The notes under the pieces: model-generated
Database searches by the model: none
What the model saw: the letters and a program-made list of their open reading frames with translations, nothing else
What the model was told of the DNA's origin: nothing
Made by a program: the position numbers and the translations under genes
Part shown: positions 47,093 to 55,903 of the stretch, one piece after another
Layout: the number at the start of each line of letters is the position of its first letter
Position numbering within the stretch: the stretch's first letter is position 1
Assembly: GCA_900759385.1 (NCBI GenBank)
Contig: CAAEUZ010000099.1
Location: forward strand, 2,629-66,628
Length of the DNA stretch: 64,000 bases
Origin: an uncultured Oscillospiraceae bacterium
GTDB lineage: Bacteria > Bacillota > Clostridia > Oscillospirales > Oscillospiraceae
Direction of reading: 5' to 3'

Positions 47093-48423
47093 TGGGTATA
47101 ACAAAGCTGATACGCCGCAGCGTGGGCATAATGTCGCTGAGCCTGCTGATAATACTGCTGGCAAACCTGACCCTGCTGACGGTTTTTGCCCTGCGCTCCA
47201 CCGCCGGCGGTCACCCCTGGACCATGGCCGCGGAGACGGCGTCCGCCCTGCAAAGGACGGACTCCGGCTATGCGCTGGACGCCGGGCAGGCGCAGGCGCT
47301 GGAGAGCGAGGGAGCCTGGGCCGTGCTGGTCGATACCGGTACCCTCAGTGTCAGCTGGCACACCGAAAACGCGCCCGCGGCCGCGCTGGAGCAATATACC
47401 GCCGCCGGCATAGCCATGCTCACACGCGGGTACATAGACGACTGCCCCACCTTCACCGCCTCCACGGAAAACGGCGACCTGGTAGTCGTCGGGTTCCCGG
47501 ACGGCAGCTACTGGAAGCACATGTATCCCAGCTGGGACTACGACCTCATAGCCAACGCGCCTCTGCTGTTCTTTATCCTGCTGGCTTTCAACCTGCTGCT
47601 GGTCATGGGCATCTACGTCGCGGCCAATTCGCGGCTGTACAAGTCCGTGCGCCCCATAGAGGAGGGGGTTGAGGCCCTGCCCACGCTCATGGGCACCCCG
47701 GTGAGGGAGCGCGGCCTGCTCGCCCCGCTGGCCCAGAGCATAAACCGCACGGCGGAGATACTCCGCTCCCAGCGCGCGGAGCTGCGCCGCAAGGACATGG
47801 CGCGCTCTGAGTGGATAAGCGGTGTGTCGCACGATATCCGCACGCCGCTGGTCATGGTCATGGGCTACGCCTCCCAGCTGGAGGCCAATACGGCCCTGCC
47901 CGAGGAGGCGCGGCGCAAGGCGGGGATCATCCTGCGCCAGAGCGTGCGCATCCGCGACCTGGTCGCCGACCTCAACCTCGCCAGCAGGCTGGAGTACAGC
48001 ATGCAGCCGCTGAACGTGCGCGAGGTCAGCCTGGTATCTGTGGCCCGGGCCGCGGCGGCGGAGTTCGTGGATGCGGACGCTACCGGCCTCTGGCCGCTGG
48101 ACTGGGATACCCCGGAGGGTGCGGGCGCCTGCACGGTGCAGGGCGACGAGGCGCTGCTGCGCCGCGCCGTGACCAATGCGCTAACAAACTGCCGCAAGCA
48201 CAACCCGGAGGGGTGCCGCGTGTCCCTGACCGTCTGCGAGCGCGGCGGGACCTGCGCCGTGACCGTGCGTGACGACGGCGCCGGGGCCGACCCACAGGCC
48301 CCCACGCACGGCCTGGGCCTGCTGCTGATCCGGCGCATAGCCGCCGCCCACCACGGCGAGGCGGTTATCACCACCGCCCCCGGCGCGGGGTTCACAATAG
48401 AGATAAGCCTGCCAAAAGGCTGA
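47092..48423 (+). CDS. Sensor histidine kinase (two TM helices, HisKA and HATPase_c domains)
   Basis: H-box ..SGVSHDIRTPL.. and N/G boxes (..NALTNCRKHN..DDGAG..GLGL..). The start overlaps the response-regulator stop. Confidence 0.85.
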   Translation: MGITKLIRRSVGIMSLSLLIILLANLTLLTVFALRSTAGGHPWTMAAETASALQRTDSGYALDAGQAQALESEGAWAVLVDTGTLSVSWHTENAPAAALEQYTAAGIAMLTRGYIDDCPTFTASTENGDLVVVGFPDGSYWKHMYPSWDYDLIANAPLLFFILLAFNLLLVMGIYVAANSRLYKSVRPIEEGVEALPTLMGTPVRERGLLAPLAQSINRTAEILRSQRAELRRKDMARSEWISGVSHDIRTPLVMVMGYASQLEANTALPEEARRKAGIILRQSVRIRDLVADLNLASRLEYSMQPLNVREVSLVSVARAAAAEFVDADATGLWPLDWDTPEGAGACTVQGDEALLRRAVTNALTNCRKHNPEGCRVSLTVCERGGTCAVTVRDDGAGADPQAPTHGLGLLLIRRIAAAHHGEAVITTAPGAGFTIEISLPKG

Positions 48424-48527
48424 ACAGGGCCGGGGAAGCGTCCCCGGCCCCCGTCATATGTCCCGACTTTCATGAATTAGCTTGATTTCTATGCGTTCAT
48501 GTGTTATCATTGCGAGGTAACATTAAA

Positions 48528-48554
48528 AATGCTTATGCAAGCATTAATTTTTTT
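48528..48554 (+). promoter_or_regulatory. Leader hairpin plus U-tract (AATGCTT-atgc-AAGCATT then AATTTTTTT) located 19 nt upstream of the putP start codon; candidate attenuator
   Basis: 7-bp stem followed by T7, downstream of a TTGATT-17 bp-TATCAT promoter-like element at 48482-48510. Confidence 0.35.
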
Positions 48555-48572
48555 CATGTCAGGTGGGGGAAT

Positions 48573-50126
48573 ATGACTGATAGTGTTCAAATTATGATAA
48601 CGATGATCTGCTACATGCTGGCAGTCATCGGCATAGGCTTTGCCTTTGCGCGCCGCGCCAACCGGAGCTCGGACGACTACTTCCTCGGCGGGCGTACGCT
48701 GGGGCCCTGGGTCACGGCCATGAGCGCCGAGGCCAGCGACATGTCCGGCTGGCTGCTGATGGGTCTGCCCGGCGTGGCCTACTGGTGCGGCGTGGCCGAC
48801 GCGGCCTGGACGGCCATCGGCCTTGGCCTCGGCACGTACATAAACTGGCTCATCACCTCCAGGCGCCTGCGCCGCTACAGTGAGAAGGCCAACGCCATCA
48901 CGCTGCCGGAGTTCTTCTCCAACCGCTTCCATGAGAGCGGCAAGGTCATCATGACCATTGCGGCGCTCTTTATCCTGATTTTCTTCACGGTGTACGCCTC
49001 GAGCTGCCTTGTCACCTGCGGCAAGCTGTTCTCCACGCTCTTCGGCTTTGACTATGTGCCCATGATGATCGTCGGCGCGGTGTTCGTGCTGCTTTACACC
49101 ATTATCGGCGGCTTCCTGGCCGAGAGCGCCTCGGACTTCATGCAGGCTGTGGTCATGATAATCGCGCTCGTTATCGTTGTCACGGTCGGCTGCATCAGTG
49201 CCGGCGGCATAGACGACGTGCTCACCAACGCCGGACAGATACCCGGCTTCCTTGACTTCTTCGGCATTGCCACACCCGTTACGGACGCTAACGGTGTGCA
49301 GCAGGTGGTAAATGGCGCGCCCCAGTTCGGCGAGGCAGGCACCTACAGCGCGCTGAGCGTCGCCAGCTGCCTGGCCTGGGGCCTCGGCTATTTCGGCATG
49401 CCCCAGGTGCTGCTGCGCTTCATGGCCATCCGCGAGGAGCACGAGCTCACCCGCTCCAGGCGCATAGCCACCGTGTGGGTCGTCATCAGCCTGACCGTGG
49501 CCGTGTTCATCGGCATCATGGGCCGTCAGCTCTTCCCGACCGAGCTCACCACCAGCTCCGACGCCGAGAACGTGTTCATCCTGCTCGCCACCAGGCTGCT
49601 GCCGCCGGTTATCGCGGGCCTCGTCATGGCCGGCATCCTGGCTGCGACGATAAGCTCCTCGGACAGCTACCTGCTCATCGCGGCCAGCGCCTTCGCCAAG
49701 AACATTTACCAGGGCCTCGTGAAGAAGGACGCCTCGGATAAGCAGGTGCTCTGGATGAGCCGTCTGGCCCTGCTGGTCATCTGTGCGATCGCCATTGTGA
49801 TCGCCCTCGACGAGAACAGCGTCATATTCACGATAGTGTCCTTCGCCTGGGCCGGCTTCGGCGCGACCTTCGGCCCGCTGATGCTCTTCAGCCTGTTCTG
49901 GAAGCGCACCAACCGCGCCGGCGCCATCGCCGGCATGATAGGCGGCGGTGTGATGGTCTTTGTGTGGAACCTGCTCGTCCGTCCTCTCGGCGGCCTGTGG
50001 GATATCTACGAGCTCCTGCCCGCATTCATCTTCTCCAGCATCTGCATAGTGGTGGTGAGCCTGCTCACCAAAGAGCCCGGCAGGGAGATACAGGAAGAGT
50101 TCGAGGCCGTGCGCAGCAAGGCATAA
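48573..50126 (+). CDS. putP: Sodium:solute symporter, PutP-like (sodium/proline symporter family)
   Basis: SSF family with 13 TM helices and ..SDDYFLGGR..SAEASDMSGWLLMGLPG.. near the N-terminus. GGTGGGGGAA RBS at the ATG at 48573. Confidence 0.8.
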   Translation: MTDSVQIMITMICYMLAVIGIGFAFARRANRSSDDYFLGGRTLGPWVTAMSAEASDMSGWLLMGLPGVAYWCGVADAAWTAIGLGLGTYINWLITSRRLRRYSEKANAITLPEFFSNRFHESGKVIMTIAALFILIFFTVYASSCLVTCGKLFSTLFGFDYVPMMIVGAVFVLLYTIIGGFLAESASDFMQAVVMIIALVIVVTVGCISAGGIDDVLTNAGQIPGFLDFFGIATPVTDANGVQQVVNGAPQFGEAGTYSALSVASCLAWGLGYFGMPQVLLRFMAIREEHELTRSRRIATVWVVISLTVAVFIGIMGRQLFPTELTTSSDAENVFILLATRLLPPVIAGLVMAGILAATISSSDSYLLIAASAFAKNIYQGLVKKDASDKQVLWMSRLALLVICAIAIVIALDENSVIFTIVSFAWAGFGATFGPLMLFSLFWKRTNRAGAIAGMIGGGVMVFVWNLLVRPLGGLWDIYELLPAFIFSSICIVVVSLLTKEPGREIQEEFEAVRSKA

Positions 50127-50191
50127 AGCAATATTAAAGAGGCGCGGCCAGGGCCGCGCCTCTTATCTTGCCGCAACGAAAAAAGACCGCC

Positions 50192-50713
50192 TTACTGGCG
50201 GTCTTTCATTTTTTCGGCTATCATAGGCTCCACCTCGTCGTAGGGGATGCCGAGAGCGACGGAGAACTCGCCGTATAGCAGGGTCTCGGCCCGCTTCATG
50301 AACTTGGCGTCCACCTGGCCGAAGCGGCGGCCCTGGCTCTCGGCGCTGCGCTTCTTGGCGTGGATGCTCACCAGGAATCCGGCTATGTCGGCACATTCAT
50401 GCGAGCAGAGCAGCTGCTGGTAGTGCGCGGCCAGCTGGGTGAAGTTGCGCTCGTGGAAGTCCTGCGCCGGCATGGCGGGCATGGCGTCGATGAGGGCCTC
50501 GGCCTCCTCGCGGGAGATGACCGGCCGCATGAACACCTTGCCGTCCACCGGCACGGAGATGGTGCCGCTCTGGTAAAGGGGCTTGAGCCGGTAATACTGA
50601 CGTATCTCGCCCCCCTGGGCCTTCTCCTCTATGGCCTCCACCTGGCACACACCCGTGCCGCCGTATACTATCAAGCTCCCCACCGAATACAAAAAAAGCG
50701 CCTCCATCTGCAA
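50192..50713 (-). CDS. CarD/CdnL-family RNA-polymerase-binding transcription factor
   Basis: N-terminal Tudor-like RNAP-interaction domain (..YSVGSLIVYGGTGVCQVEAIEEK..). About 170 aa. Start codon uncertain (TTG at 50713 or ATG at 50707). Confidence 0.7.
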   Translation of the reverse strand: MQMEALFLYSVGSLIVYGGTGVCQVEAIEEKAQGGEIRQYYRLKPLYQSGTISVPVDGKVFMRPVISREEAEALIDAMPAMPAQDFHERNFTQLAAHYQQLLCSHECADIAGFLVSIHAKKRSAESQGRRFGQVDAKFMKRAETLLYGEFSVALGIPYDEVEPMIAEKMKDRQ

Positions 50714-50869
50714 AAATTACCCGAGGCGAAGCCGCCTCGGTCCCTCTGTACACTCCAATTATAGCACAAATTTCGACTTTCGGCAAAGGCAAAATTTCAT
50801 TCATTTCGTGCTTTTCCTGTTCCAAAGTGCAAAGAGCTGTGGTATAATAAACACAAAGGGGGGTTAAGG

Positions 50870-51484
50870 ATGAGTATAAAAGTCATTACCATCAGCCGTC
50901 AGTTCGGTTCGGGCGGCCGCACGGTTGCAAAACTTGTGGCCGATAAGCTCGGCTGGGCCTACTACGACAAGGAGCTCGTGAAGAAGATAGCCGCCGAGAG
51001 CGGGCTGGCCGAGAGCTATGTCCTGGACAGCGGCGAGTACGCCTGCTCGACCAACTCCTTCCTCTTCAACTGGGCCATGAGCGCTGAGAGCGGGCGCAAT
51101 CCCGGCACCTTACCGGTTTCCGACCAGCTCTACATCGTGCAGAACAACGTCATCCGAGACCTCGCGGACAAGGGAAGCTGCGTCATCGTGGGCCGCTGCG
51201 CCGACTACATCCTGCGCGACCACACGGACGTGCTGAACGTGTTCGTGCACGCGGACGCCGAGTTCCGCGCCGACCGCATTGTCCGTCTCTACGGCGAGAC
51301 CCTGGACAAACCGGCCAAGCGCCTCAAGGAGAAGGATGACAAACGCCGTACCTATTACCGGCACTACACCGGCCGCGTGTGGGGCGCCGCGAGCAACTAC
51401 GACGTGACGCTGGACTCCGGCCGCATCGGCGTGGAGCACTGCGCGGACATAGTAGTGGGCATAGCGGCCGAGCTAAACAAATGA
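50870..51484 (+). CDS. Cytidylate kinase-like family protein (P-loop NMP kinase fold)
   Basis: P-loop ISRQFGSGGRTVAK. 204 aa. An extended -10 promoter (TGgTATAAT) lies upstream. Confidence 0.7.
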   Translation: MSIKVITISRQFGSGGRTVAKLVADKLGWAYYDKELVKKIAAESGLAESYVLDSGEYACSTNSFLFNWAMSAESGRNPGTLPVSDQLYIVQNNVIRDLADKGSCVIVGRCADYILRDHTDVLNVFVHADAEFRADRIVRLYGETLDKPAKRLKEKDDKRRTYYRHYTGRVWGAASNYDVTLDSGRIGVEHCADIVVGIAAELNK

Positions 51485-51490
51485 GACGGA

Positions 51491-51527
51491 AAAAGCCGCC
51501 CTCCAGGGCGGCTTTTCTTTTTTGCTT
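51491..51527. terminator. Bidirectional terminator between the kinase-like gene and the Dlt-like operon
   Basis: AAAAGCCGCCCTggaGGGCGGCTTTT followed by CTTTTTTG. Confidence 0.65.
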
Positions 51528-51564
51528 CCTGCCCCTGTGGTTTTGCCGCAGGGGCTTGCGCTGT

Positions 51565-51699
51565 TCAGAACGCCTCGTAGATGAAGGCCCCGTGGCCGGT
51601 GAAATAGGCCAGCACCAGCAGGAGCATCACTGCGTAGGCCACGACCTGGACGACCTGCCCGAGGGGCGAGGAGTTGAGCCAGGCCCGTATCTTTTTCAT
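51565..51699 (-). CDS. 44-aa single-TM peptide (MKKIRAWLNSSPLGQVVQVVAYAVMLLLVLAYFTGHGAFIYEAF), translationally coupled (ATGA) to the 3' end of the dltD-like gene
   Basis: Manual six-frame reading; it falls below the ORF-track size cut-off. It has a hydrophobic core and overlaps the upstream stop codon. Confidence 0.35.
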   Translation of the reverse strand: MKKIRAWLNSSPLGQVVQVVAYAVMLLLVLAYFTGHGAFIYEAF

Positions 51700-52592
51700 G
51701 AGAGCAGCCATTTGTCAAGCACCTCCGTGAACTGCACGGCGCCATGGGTGTATTCCATGTGGCCCGTGTCGTAAAAGCAGTCGGATCCCAGCGCGTCCGT
51801 CATGTCGTAGAACTCCACCCCCGCGCTCTCACAGACCTCGCGCGCGGCCTCCCGGACCTCAACGTCCACGCTGTCGAGCTCCACCGCCGGGTTCTCCGGC
51901 AGCCAGAGGGCGCGGACGCGGATGCCGTTTTCCGCGCAGAAGTCAAAGACGTCGTTCAGGGCCGCCAGGTTCTGCTGGAAGTCGGCTATGCCGCCGGTGA
52001 GGTAGAGCTCATGGAGCTTGACCACGCGCTCCTCCAGCTCCGCCTGGCTCATCTGGCCGTAGTAGTATATCTTGGTCTGGTCGAGATAGGCCCGTGTGCG
52101 GAGTTCGCCGCCGCGTATCAGGGCCTTGAAGGTGTCGTTTATAATGCCGGCTATCCTGTCGCGCTGGAAGTAAAAGTACGGCTCGTACCACTTGCGGTGC
52201 CACTCATAGGTGGGGTTGGTGTCCATGATGTCGCTCAGCGCGCCCCAGTTGAGGGCCAGGACGAGCTCACTGCCCACCTTGATATGCCCGCCCTCTAGTA
52301 TCTGCACCAGGTCGGTTATGGTGGCGTAGTCCATGCCCATGTTTACGTAGCCGCTTTCGCTCAGGTCCTCGCGGTAGCCGCTGGTGAGCTCGCTGGAACC
52401 GTAGATGACCTTGTCCCAGACCTCCTCCGGGTTGTCCCGCCTGGTGAGCTCGAAATCGTCCAGCCAGAAGTAGCCGCTGGACTGTATCCAGCCCGAGGCC
52501 GCCAGGGCCAGGTCAAGCACCAGCGCCAGCACGAGGACGCAGGCGATGAGGCCGCCCTTCTTCATGAAGTTAACAAATTTCATCGCGCGCAC
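51696..52592 (-). CDS. DltD-like membrane-anchored SGNH-fold protein (short form, 298 aa)
   Basis: N-terminal TM anchor, a GSSE block and a C-terminal D-T-G-H block consistent with an SGNH Ser/Asp/His arrangement. Lies downstream of an MBOAT as in dlt operons. Confidence 0.65.
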   Translation of the reverse strand: MRAMKFVNFMKKGGLIACVLVLALVLDLALAASGWIQSSGYFWLDDFELTRRDNPEEVWDKVIYGSSELTSGYREDLSESGYVNMGMDYATITDLVQILEGGHIKVGSELVLALNWGALSDIMDTNPTYEWHRKWYEPYFYFQRDRIAGIINDTFKALIRGGELRTRAYLDQTKIYYYGQMSQAELEERVVKLHELYLTGGIADFQQNLAALNDVFDFCAENGIRVRALWLPENPAVELDSVDVEVREAAREVCESAGVEFYDMTDALGSDCFYDTGHMEYTHGAVQFTEVLDKWLLS

Positions 52593-52596
52593 CCCC

Positions 52597-53742
52597 TCAC
52601 AGCGTCACGAAGCCGCGCAGCACGTTGGCCAGCTGCGTGGCGTCCAGCGTGTAGAAGATGGTCGTGATGGAAAACAGCAGCACGACTATGGCCCGGCGGA
52701 AGAACAGGTAGGGCTTGCCGGCCTTGCGGCTGACCGTAGTGATGCCGCAGAGGTTCTCCACGGCGAGGATGACGCCGTTGAAAAGGCCCTCAATGATGAA
52801 GTGCGCCGTAAAACCGTGCCAGAGGCCCATGACCAGCATCGTGCCGAAGCCGATCATCGCGCCCTGGTATTTCGTGAGCCGCTTGCCGTTGAGCACCACG
52901 AAGATGTGCTCGCGGATCCAGTCGGTGAGCGACACGTGCCAGTTGCGCCAGAACTGGGTCATGCTGGCCGCCTTGAGCGGTTTTTTGAAGTTCTCCGGCA
53001 CCTTGAGGCCCATGAAGCCGCCCATGGCGATGGCTATGTCCGCGTAGCCGCTCATGTCCAGCCAGAAGAGGAAATAGCTCACCAGGCAGGCCGCCAGAGA
53101 CCACCAGGGATGCGGTGAGGCGGCGGCGATGCGCGTGAGCAGGGTGTTGACCAGCGACATGACGACCACTTTCTTGAAGTAGCCGCGTACGAGCCGCTTG
53201 AAACTCTCCGTCACCCTTTCGCCCGTGACAGGCAGCGGGCTGTTCAGCGACGCGGAGAAGTCGCGGTAACGCAGTATGGGCCCGGCGGTGATGACCGGGA
53301 AGAACAGCATATAGTTGGCGTAGGTGATGAGCGGTACGCGCTCGCCGGTGTAGTGCACGAAATAAACCGCATCTATGGCCTTGAGCATGTTGTAGGCTAT
53401 GCCTGTCAGCGTCAGGAAGAGCGGCAGCGCGGGGACGATCTCCTGTATGCGCACATAGAAAAAGGGCACAGCGCAGATGAGGCAGCAGAGCACGAAGAAA
53501 AAGCTCCTGGCCCGCTTGAATTTGTTCACCGCGTTGACGATTGCCCAGGTCACGAGCGTGTAGCCGAGGTAGAACACGGCCAGCCACTCGCTGACGTAGG
53601 CGATGAGCAGCAGGTCCAGTATGACAAGGAAGCGGTCAAACTTGGCCTGCGACCAGTACCGCCGCGCGATAAATGAGCCGAGCGACCACAGCAGCGTCGC
53701 TGCAAGCAGCCGCACGGCTATATCGACTTCCAGGAACCACAT
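52597..53742 (-). CDS. MBOAT-family membrane-bound O-acyltransferase (DltB/AlgI-like)
   Basis: Multi-TM protein with the conserved ..FWRNWHVSL.. His motif. Confidence 0.85.
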   Translation of the reverse strand: MWFLEVDIAVRLLAATLLWSLGSFIARRYWSQAKFDRFLVILDLLLIAYVSEWLAVFYLGYTLVTWAIVNAVNKFKRARSFFFVLCCLICAVPFFYVRIQEIVPALPLFLTLTGIAYNMLKAIDAVYFVHYTGERVPLITYANYMLFFPVITAGPILRYRDFSASLNSPLPVTGERVTESFKRLVRGYFKKVVVMSLVNTLLTRIAAASPHPWWSLAACLVSYFLFWLDMSGYADIAIAMGGFMGLKVPENFKKPLKAASMTQFWRNWHVSLTDWIREHIFVVLNGKRLTKYQGAMIGFGTMLVMGLWHGFTAHFIIEGLFNGVILAVENLCGITTVSRKAGKPYLFFRRAIVVLLFSITTIFYTLDATQLANVLRGFVTL

Positions 53743-53745
53743 CCC

Positions 53746-53997
53746 TCAGCAGAGCCCCTTCTTGCGGCCTACGACCTCGGCGATCTCGTTGACGGTGTTC
53801 ATGGGGTAGAGCGTGATGTCCTTCTGCGAGATCTCCACGCCGAAGGTCTGCTCGGCAAAAGTTATCGTTTCCACCGCGCCCATGGAGTCCATGAAGCCCG
53901 TGTCGAACAGGTTTACGTCAAGCCCGTACTCGGGGTCGTCGCCGACATCGCAGCGCTCGCGTATGAATTCGTCCAGCTTGGCGATGATTTCGTCCAT
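53746..53997 (-). CDS. DltC-like aminoacyl carrier protein (phosphopantetheine site FMDSMGAVE)
   Basis: 83 aa with the DltC-type DS(M/F)G..E motif and a GGAGG RBS. Preceded by its own promoter-like TGaTATAAT. Confidence 0.8.
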   Translation of the reverse strand: MDEIIAKLDEFIRERCDVGDDPEYGLDVNLFDTGFMDSMGAVETITFAEQTFGVEISQKDITLYPMNTVNEIAEVVGRKKGLC

Positions 53998-54119
53998 TTT
54001 ATCTTCCTCCGGTGTTGTCTTTTTTCAGGCGCGGCAAGCCGCGCGGTGACATTATATCACAGAGCGGTGCAATATGCGAGAAAAAACTAAAAGCGCCGCG
54101 CAGTAATGCGCGGCGCCGG

Positions 54120-54353
54120 TTACATATCTTTTTTGAAGATATTTGTAAGTTTTTTATTGCGCTCTTCCCGGGGGACTTTCGGTCGGAGTATGATCACGTT
54201 GCATGCCGGACAATAATCGGACGGAACATTCACCGCGCCCCAGAGGTTCCAGGCCAGGCGAAAACCGCCGTTTTCCTTGTCGGGGAAACTTATCAGCTCC
54301 TCTTTGGGGTTCCAGTTGAGGCAGTTCGCGGACATGAGATACCCGGGTTCCAT
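54120..54353 (-). CDS. Hypothetical 77-aa protein between the dltA-like and dltC-like genes (Trp-rich; weak MbtH-like resemblance; CPAC motif)
   Basis: ORF with a modest RBS and lower GC than its neighbours. A terminator-like hairpin plus U-tract follows it. Confidence 0.35.
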   Translation of the reverse strand: MEPGYLMSANCLNWNPKEELISFPDKENGGFRLAWNLWGAVNVPSDYCPACNVIILRPKVPREERNKKLTNIFKKDM

Positions 54354-54387
54354 CTCCGCCTGACAGCAGGATGGCCGTTTACCGGCC

Positions 54388-55899
54388 TTAATTCTCCTCC
54401 AGCCATTTGGCCAGGTAGACGCGGTCTATTTTGTCATTGGCGTTGTGCGGCAGCTGCGCCATTGTGACGACGCGGCCGGGCATCATGTAGGCGGGGATGG
54501 CGCCGCGCAGCTCTTTGCGCGCGGTGCGCATGGTTATCTCCTCCGCCGCCTCGACGAAGAGCACGATCTCCTGCCGGGGCTTGTCGAACACGGCGCAGAC
54601 GTTCTCCGCGCCGGGGAGCATACGCGCCGCGGCCTCGATCTCGCCCAGCTCTATGCGGTTGCCGCGCAGCTTGATCTGCCCGTCGCGGCGGCCGGAGTAC
54701 ATGAGCTCGCCCCGCTCGTTCCACCAGCCGAGGTCGCCCGTGCGGTAATAGCAGGTGGGATAGGCGGCGTTGTCCGGGTCGGAGGCAAAGGCGCGGGCGG
54801 TCTGCTCGGGATTGTTCCAGTAACCGAGCAGTATGCCGCTGCCGGAGACGCAGATCTCGCCCGTCTCGCCGGGCCTGACAGCCTTCCCGTCCTCGCCGAG
54901 CAGCAGCACGTGCATGTCGGGCAGCGGCGAGCCGATGGGCAGCGGCTCCGAGTCGGCGAACTCGCGGTCCACGACGTAGGCCGTGCAGACGTCCGTCTCG
55001 GTGGGCCCGTAGAGGTTGGCAAAGACGCGGCCGGGCAGGGCGCGGCGCCAGACGTTGAGCTGCTTGTTGGGCATGACCTCGCCGGCGAAGGCGATGGTTT
55101 TCAGCTCGGGCAGCTCCACGCCGTCGAGCGCGCCGGAGTTGGCGATGTTTATCATGACCGTCGGCACCCAGTAGATGTGCGTGACGGCGTTGTCGCGCAG
55201 GAATTCGGGCAGCTTGTTCGGGAAGTGGAACAGCGCCTCGGGCGTCAGGATCAGGTGGCCGCCGCAGCGCATGGCGCCGTAGACGTCCATGACCGAGACG
55301 TCGAAGTAGAGCGGGGCCTGGTTGGCGATGACCGTCCCGCTCGTCCAGCCGAAGGTGCGCTCGGCCCAGCGGGCGAAGAGCAGCACGCCGCGGTGCGGGA
55401 TGGTGACGCCCTTGGGCGCGCCGGTGGAACCGGAGGTGTACATTATATATATGGGGTCGGAGTCGGTGACGGTTTTCAGCGCGGAGTCTATTTCCGCACC
55501 GTCGTGGCCGCGTCCCACCAGCTCGTCGATGAGGAACACCTTATAATCGCCGGGTATGCCCTCCAGGTTCCCGGCCAGCGCCCCGTTGGTTATGACCGCC
55601 GAGGGGGCGAGGTTGGAGATTATCTTCTCCAGCCGGCCGCGCGGGGCAGCGGCGTCGGTGGGCACGTAGGGGCGGCCGGCATACATGGCGGCGCAGAAGC
55701 CCGTTATCATGTCCGCGCTCTTGGGCAGGTAGACCATGACGGGCGCGCGCGAGCTGATCTCGCCTATGAGCGCGCCGGCCGCGCGGCGGGATCTGTCGCG
55801 CAGCTCGCGGTAGGTGAGGGTGGTTTCAGCGTCGCTGACGGCCTTGTTGTCCGGCCAGAGCCCGCAGGAGCGCTCCAGCAGGCAGACGGCAGAGTTCAT
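54388..55899 (-). CDS. DltA-like stand-alone adenylation enzyme (ANL superfamily, carrier-protein ligase)
   Basis: Adenylation core motifs YTSGSTGAPKG, NLYGPTE, YRTGD, GRRDGQIKLRGNRIELGEIE, NDKIDR. 503 aa. Confidence 0.85.
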   Translation of the reverse strand: MNSAVCLLERSCGLWPDNKAVSDAETTLTYRELRDRSRRAAGALIGEISSRAPVMVYLPKSADMITGFCAAMYAGRPYVPTDAAAPRGRLEKIISNLAPSAVITNGALAGNLEGIPGDYKVFLIDELVGRGHDGAEIDSALKTVTDSDPIYIMYTSGSTGAPKGVTIPHRGVLLFARWAERTFGWTSGTVIANQAPLYFDVSVMDVYGAMRCGGHLILTPEALFHFPNKLPEFLRDNAVTHIYWVPTVMINIANSGALDGVELPELKTIAFAGEVMPNKQLNVWRRALPGRVFANLYGPTETDVCTAYVVDREFADSEPLPIGSPLPDMHVLLLGEDGKAVRPGETGEICVSGSGILLGYWNNPEQTARAFASDPDNAAYPTCYYRTGDLGWWNERGELMYSGRRDGQIKLRGNRIELGEIEAAARMLPGAENVCAVFDKPRQEIVLFVEAAEEITMRTARKELRGAIPAYMMPGRVVTMAQLPHNANDKIDRVYLAKWLEEN

Positions 55900-55903
55900 A
55901 TCT

